Assembly: GCA_965206595.1 (NCBI GenBank)
Contig: OZ242214.1
Span: 3,520,001-3,584,000 of the forward strand
Length of the DNA stretch: 64,000 bases
Direction: 5' to 3'
Source: Candidatus Latescibacterota bacterium
GTDB lineage: Bacteria; Latescibacterota; UBA2968; UBA8231
Numbering within the stretch: position 1 is the first letter of the stretch; each line of letters begins with the position of its first letter. Below are positions 59,034-64,000 of the stretch, piece after piece. The notes beneath the pieces are model-generated. The model had not been told where the DNA came from. It saw nothing but the letters and a program-made list of their open reading frames with translations, and ran no database searches. The position numbers and the translations under genes are program-made.

Positions 59034-59585
59034 CAGTGCTCTGTCATTTAACCCTCTTTGCTGTTGCCTTTGCCAAAGGGAAGACTTTCCGGGGCGGTGG
59101 AGGCTGTTGGGCGGAATCGTTGAGGAGCACGAACTGTCAAGGCGACCGCCCTTGTACCGCCGCCGCGAATCAACCTCATCCCGCTATCCCGGGGTCCTCG
59201 CCCTAACGCCAGAGATCGCCCCCACATCCTACCGCGGTCCCAAGACGAAAACCCTGGGTTGCCCTAGAGTGAACTGTCTCCTCCTGATTTACGAACCCGT
59301 GGAACGCCGCTCAGCTTCTTCGTTCACGCTCTGCTCCACTTGACGCCGACTGTGTGCCGGAGCCAGTAGCAATCTCCGGATTGCTTTCAACCGGGAACCT
59401 GTTCCACTCATGCACCGCGGGCGCTGGGGTTCAAGCGCCACTTGGGTTAACTGTCGGATGTACACCGGTTTGCGTCGCCCGAGCACTTGATCGGATCGGA
59501 CGCTCGATGCGGAGGACGCCAGTCGCCGGTTGGTTCTCACACCTCTCACACCCTCAACCAGAGGGAACGAGAACGGCCGGCTCCC

Positions 59586-61908
59586 CTATCGCACCTCATC
59601 CTCGCGGATACTGATGGTTCGGTCGATCTCCGGATTGTCGAGCCGGGTCGTCCGACCCGACGGCCAGCGCACCTCGAGCCGGGAGACCGCTTCCGCAGAA
59701 CCAAGGCCGAACTCCAGCGGCAGGCTGTTGGTGGTGCCGAAACCGCCGCCGCTGGCCACTTCCTCGAGCAGCTGCCGCCCGCCGGCATGGACCGTCACCT
59801 GGGCCCCTATGGCGCTGCGATTCGACCGCGATCCCTCCAGCTCGACAGCGAGCCAGTGCGATCCCCGTCCCTCGTTGCGGTAGAGGCTGTTGGGCCACAG
59901 GTCGCCCGGGTAGTGCCCGCCGATGGCGGCGTAGAGGTCGAGATCGCCGTCGCCGTCGTAGTCGGCGAACGTCGCCCCGTGGCCCTTGCCCAGATTGCCG
60001 ACCCCGGCCGCTTCGGTGACGTCGGCAAAGCGCTCCCCGCGGTTGTGGTAGAGTATGTTGGGCTCGAACCGCGGCATGACCGGGCCTCCGTTGGCCAGGT
60101 ACAGGTCGACGAGGCCGTCATAGTCGATGTCGCCGATGCCGGCCCCCATCGTGCCGAAGTTCCTGGAGATCCCGGCGCCGAGGGCTACGTCGGCGAACCG
60201 GTCCCCGCCGAGGTTCCGGTAGAGGTGGACGCGGTTGCGGCTCACGGCCCGTCCGGCGACCTGCGACTCGACGAACTGCTCGTAGTAGCACATGGCGGAG
60301 ACGAACAGATCGACGGCGCCGTCGCGGTCGAAGTCGGCGAAGAAGGCGACGTAGCCCCCCTCCTCCGGCTCGGCCACCCCGGCGCTCGCGGTGACGTCGG
60401 TGAAGTGCGATCCCGATTCGTTGCGGTAGAGGGTGTTCGGCCCGGCGACGTCGGCGACGTACAGGTCGACGTCCCCGTCGCGGTCGTAGTCGCCGAACGC
60501 CACCCCGAGCGACTTGCCCGGGTGCGCGACCCCGTAGAGGTCCGCCCTGTCCTCGAAGCGGCCGCCGCGGTTGACGAAGAGCTTGTTCGGGGTGCCGCCG
60601 CCGGTGATCCCCTCGGCGACGTACAGATCGACCCGGCCGTCGTTGTCGACGTCCCCCCAGGCCGCGGTGAAGCTGTCGTCCGGGTCGCCGACCCCGGCCT
60701 CGTCGCTGACCTCGCCGAAACGGAGGCTCCCGAGGTTGCGGTAGAGGGAGTTCGGGGCCTTCCCCTCCCAGGCGTCGCGGGTCGCGTAGAGGTCGAGGTC
60801 GCCGTCGTTGTCGTAGTCGACCGCGGTGGCGCTCCAGCCGCCGCGCGGATCGCCGAGGCCGGCTGCCGCGGTGACATCGGTGAACTGCGCCCCCGACTCG
60901 TTGCGGTAGAGGGAATGGGGAACCTGGATGCCGGTGCTGAACAGGTCGAGGTCGCCGTCGCCGTCGAAATCCCCCCAGGCGTTGCCGCGGCCGCGGTCGC
61001 GCTTCGCGACGCCGAGCGCTTCGGCGACGTCCCGGAAAGCGACCGGGCTATCCTCGCCAAGATCCGCAACCGTGAGCTGATAATCCGCCGGAAGATCGCC
61101 GGGGTAGTCCCCGTGAAGGCCGAGGTACGCCAGGCGCAGGTTCCACTTCATGCGCTGCGGTTCGCGCGCTCCCTTCGGGGTCGAGTCGAGGGCTTTGCGG
61201 TAGGCTGCGATCGCCGCTTCATACTCGCCCAGCCAGTGATGGGCGGTTCCCAGCAGGAAGGCGAGATGCGTTTTCCCCGGGCTCACCGCGAGCAGCCCGC
61301 TCATCTCGGCCGCGGCCCGCTCGAAAACACCGAGGCGCAGCCGCGACGCCGCGGCGCCGGCGCGGGCCCGGGGGTCGCCGGGGTTGTTACGCAGCACCGC
61401 CTCGTACTGCTCGAGCGCGCCTTGCGGGTCGGGAGGGGCCCGCGTCATCAGCAGGTCGGCGAGCATCATCCGCGGGCGGCCGCGGTCCGGAAAATCTCCG
61501 ACAAGGGCCGCCAGCACCTCGCGCGCTTGCGGACGGCGATCGAGCACCACCAGCCACCCGGGCCTGCTGCATGCGCGCCTCAGGCCGGCCGGGGTCGTGT
61601 CCGACGGCCCGCTCGAGCTGGTGCAGGGCCTCGGGCAGTTTTCTCTGGCGCATCAGGATCTCGCCGAGGCCGAGACGCGCCTCGTAGTGCGCCGTGTCTG
61701 CGCGCAGAACCTGCCGCAGGACCACGGCTCCGGAGTCCAGCTCCCCCCGGTGGATGATCTCCAGCGCCGCCTGAAACCGAGCCCCGGCGTGCCGGCCTTC
61801 CCCCGCGGCCGGCGGATCCTCCGGGACGCCTGCGCAACCGCAGATCGCCGTGGCGAGCGCCGCTGTCACCAGGCCACGCAGAGGCTCAAGCCATTTCGCC
61901 CAGTTCAT
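59586..61908 (-). CDS. TPR + CRTAC1-like FG-GAP/ASPIC-UnbV lipoprotein, frameshifted near 61555
   Basis: Start MNWAKW..ICGC at 61908; TPR units; an extra G in CGGGTGGCTGGTG breaks ARV-LVVLDRRP; downstream DxDxDG repeats and GGGFGTTNSLPLEFGLG. Confidence 0.85.
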
Positions 61909-62128
61909 CCTCGCCCTCTCGATATCCGTCGGAAAGCCCTCAAGGTAAGGAATCGAAGCCGCCATTCCGCGCCGCTTCCAGCCAGCGGGGTGCTCGAGCT
62001 GCTCGGGCTCGACCCGGCTTTGCAGCGGCGCCGGAGAAGCTGCTAGTGCCCGGCCGGGCGGAGTCCAGGGCGCCCTCCGCGGAATGACTTGCCGGGGTCC
62101 GGGAGCCGGACCGGTTTCCGGGGACAGC

Positions 62129-64000
62129 TCACATTTCGGACGCGAAGGCCGCAAGGCGGCTCAACAGCACCGCAAGCGCGACCTCTTCGGCGGCGCGGCC
62201 CTCGTCCCCCGGGGGACTCGACCCGCCTCTCGTGAACGCCTCCAACGCCTGCAGCACCGCGAGGAAATCGCCGCGCACCTCTCTGGCTTCGAGGTTCTCG
62301 AGCGGGGCGCTCCCCCGCACCAGGCGGGCGATGACGGCGACGGTCCCCATCAGTCCCCCGGTGTCCGCCTCGTCGTACTGCGCCAGCGCCGTCGAGAAAT
62401 TCCCCTCGAGCTCATGGCTGATCTCCCGGGCCAGGGGAGCGCGGCTCAACGACGCCCCGGCGCGGCTGATCAGGCGCTTGACGACGGCGATGCGGCGGTG
62501 CTCGTCATAGGAGATGAGCTTGTAGAACTGGCCGCGCGCCCCGAGGCCGTTGGCGACGGCGTTGAGCAGCTGCAGTCGGATCGCCGGGGAGCGAAACCGG
62601 TCCAGCCGGCGCAGGGCCGGGACGACTATGCGGCGGTCCCCCATGCCCCCGAGGACGTCGACCAGGGTGGGAAAGGTCAGCGGCTCGAAGTCGTTGGTCA
62701 GGTGCCAGAACAGCAGCTCCTGCACCTCTTCCCCCTTGATCCCGGCCAGGGCGCGGATGGCGCTGATGCGGACCCTGGGGTCGTCGTCGTCGAGGGAGGC
62801 GATCAGCGACTCCAGGCCATCCGGAGAGCCGAGCCGGCCGAGGGCCTCGGCCGCTTCGCCGCGGATGTCGGATGAGCGGTCGCCCAGCTCCCCGACGAGA
62901 TACCCCACGGCGTCGCGAGACCCGCTTTCCCCGAGAGCGTGGGCGGCCTCGCGGCGCACCTCCGCGCTGGCGTCGTGCATGGCCTGCGCCAGCTGCTCGA
63001 CCGCCAGCGGGCTGTGCGACCTGCCGAGCGCCAGGGCGGCGCGCGCGCGCCGGCTTTCGCTGGCCGACAGGCGGTAGACGGCGTTGCTGAAGAAGTAGCG
63101 CAGCAGGTTGCCCGTCGACATCTGCCGCAGCAGCGAGCGCGAGCTGATCACGGAGCGGTCGCGCACCCTGGACAGAAGCAGGAGCGGCGCGATGCCGGCG
63201 ACGGCGCTGGCGGCGAAGATGAGGTGCAGCGGTCCGGCGGTCGCCCCCGGCAGTTGCAGCTCCACCCCGTCGAGACTGCGGCTCATGTAGCTGCCGAGGA
63301 GCGGCCCCAGCCCGTAGATCAAGCTGACCGAGGCCGACCAGACCGCGAGGTATATCGGCTTCTTCGGACCCTGGGGGAGCAGGTCGAACATCAACGGCGT
63401 TATGCCGGTGCTCACACCGGCACCGAGGAACCCGCCGATGGTCAGGGCCAGCGGGATGAGCCAGTAGCTGTCGGCGTCGGCGAAGACCCATAACAACGGC
63501 ACCGCGGCGTACGGTCCGAGCAGCAGCTGCATGACCGGCTTGCCTCCGAAGCGGTCGATCAGCCCGGCCCAGATGCGGTAACCGGAAATCGAGGCGACCA
63601 TATTGACCGCGGTAAAGATGGATATGGCCGTGTAGGAAAGGCCCAGATGCGTGAGCATGTAGACGCTGTAGAAAGGCGCCGCCAGGCCGAGGGCGAACTG
63701 CGAGGAGCCGAAGAACAGGATGGCCCGCCTGAAGTTGCCGTCCCTCAGCGGCTCGGCGATCATCCGCAGCTGCATCCGCTCCGAGGTCTCTCCGCCCTGG
63801 CGCGGGTACGAGGCCGCTCCCAGGGCCCGGTTGCTCAACCATCCGAGCAGGATGCTGGCGGCGAAAACGGAGGCGAAGCCGACCTGCTTGCCGTCTTCGT
63901 CGAAGGCGTCGAGGAAGGCTCCGACGGCGATGCCGGAGACCATGGCCGCGACCGTGGCGACGATGGTCGCGCGGCTGGTGAAGCGGGCGCGGATAGCGCG
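62129..64000 (-). CDS. MFS transporter fused to C-terminal HEAT repeats (5' partial)
   Basis: MFS helices (PLRDGNFRR, WAGLIDRFGGKP) followed by HEAT/PBS units (EVRREAAHALGESG, DIRGEAAEALGRLG, RVRISAIRAL); frame open to the window edge. Confidence 0.85.
   Translation of the reverse strand, partial: RAIRARFTSRATIVATVAAMVSGIAVGAFLDAFDEDGKQVGFASVFAASILLGWLSNRALGAASYPRQGGETSERMQLRMIAEPLRDGNFRRAILFFGSSQFALGLAAPFYSVYMLTHLGLSYTAISIFTAVNMVASISGYRIWAGLIDRFGGKPVMQLLLGPYAAVPLLWVFADADSYWLIPLALTIGGFLGAGVSTGITPLMFDLLPQGPKKPIYLAVWSASVSLIYGLGPLLGSYMSRSLDGVELQLPGATAGPLHLIFAASAVAGIAPLLLLSRVRDRSVISSRSLLRQMSTGNLLRYFFSNAVYRLSASESRRARAALALGRSHSPLAVEQLAQAMHDASAEVRREAAHALGESGSRDAVGYLVGELGDRSSDIRGEAAEALGRLGSPDGLESLIASLDDDDPRVRISAIRALAGIKGEEVQELLFWHLTNDFEPLTFPTLVDVLGGMGDRRIVVPALRRLDRFRSPAIRLQLLNAVANGLGARGQFYKLISYDEHRRIAVVKRLISRAGASLSRAPLAREISHELEGNFSTALAQYDEADTGGLMGTVAVIARLVRGSAPLENLEAREVRGDFLAVLQALEAFTRGGSSPPGDEGRAAEEVALAVLLSRLAAFASEM

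Larger units (their letters stand above)
44050..59060. other. AT-richer, probably horizontally acquired island
   Basis: Abrupt visible drop in GC and switch to A/T-ending codons relative to the flanks; IS3 and higBA remnants at the left edge; boundaries approximate. Confidence 0.85.

Noticed and set aside
59034-59585. Possible small genes, RNA gene or att site at the island's right boundary
   Set aside because: No tRNA fold, integrase or direct repeat matching the left boundary could be seen by eye.

Overview
GC-rich bacterial DNA. The gene repertoire (large secreted acidic proteins, a FlgD-Ig protein, a DUF6785-like membrane protein, many TPR and FG-GAP/ASPIC-UnbV proteins) resembles Latescibacterota-like lineages; this is an inference, as no taxonomic marker is present. 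1-43 kb holds envelope and secreted-protein genes: four FG-GAP/ASPIC-UnbV (CRTAC1-like) genes, three TPR genes, two membrane-fused spermidine-synthase-like genes, two IS630 elements sharing one TA target, an IS3 remnant, an orphan DNA methyltransferase, a 1-Cys peroxiredoxin, an ABC-2 exporter opposite an XRE/ImmA-IrrE pair, a phytoene-dehydrogenase-like oxidoreductase and a decayed higBA. About 44.0-59.1 kb is a visibly AT-richer island with an 8-gene co-directional operon: Zn-ribbon/propeller-like protein, membrane-anchored vWA protein, membrane-anchored trypsin-like protease, giant tubulin/FtsZ-like GTPase, Hsp70-like ATPase, GrpE-like protein, and a ZorA/MotA-like plus ZorB/MotB-like pair. 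This is the best candidate for an undescribed Zorya-related defence or membrane-remodelling system. The window ends with a frameshifted TPR+FG-GAP gene and a partial MFS-HEAT fusion. All calls come from reading motifs by eye; no database searches were run.
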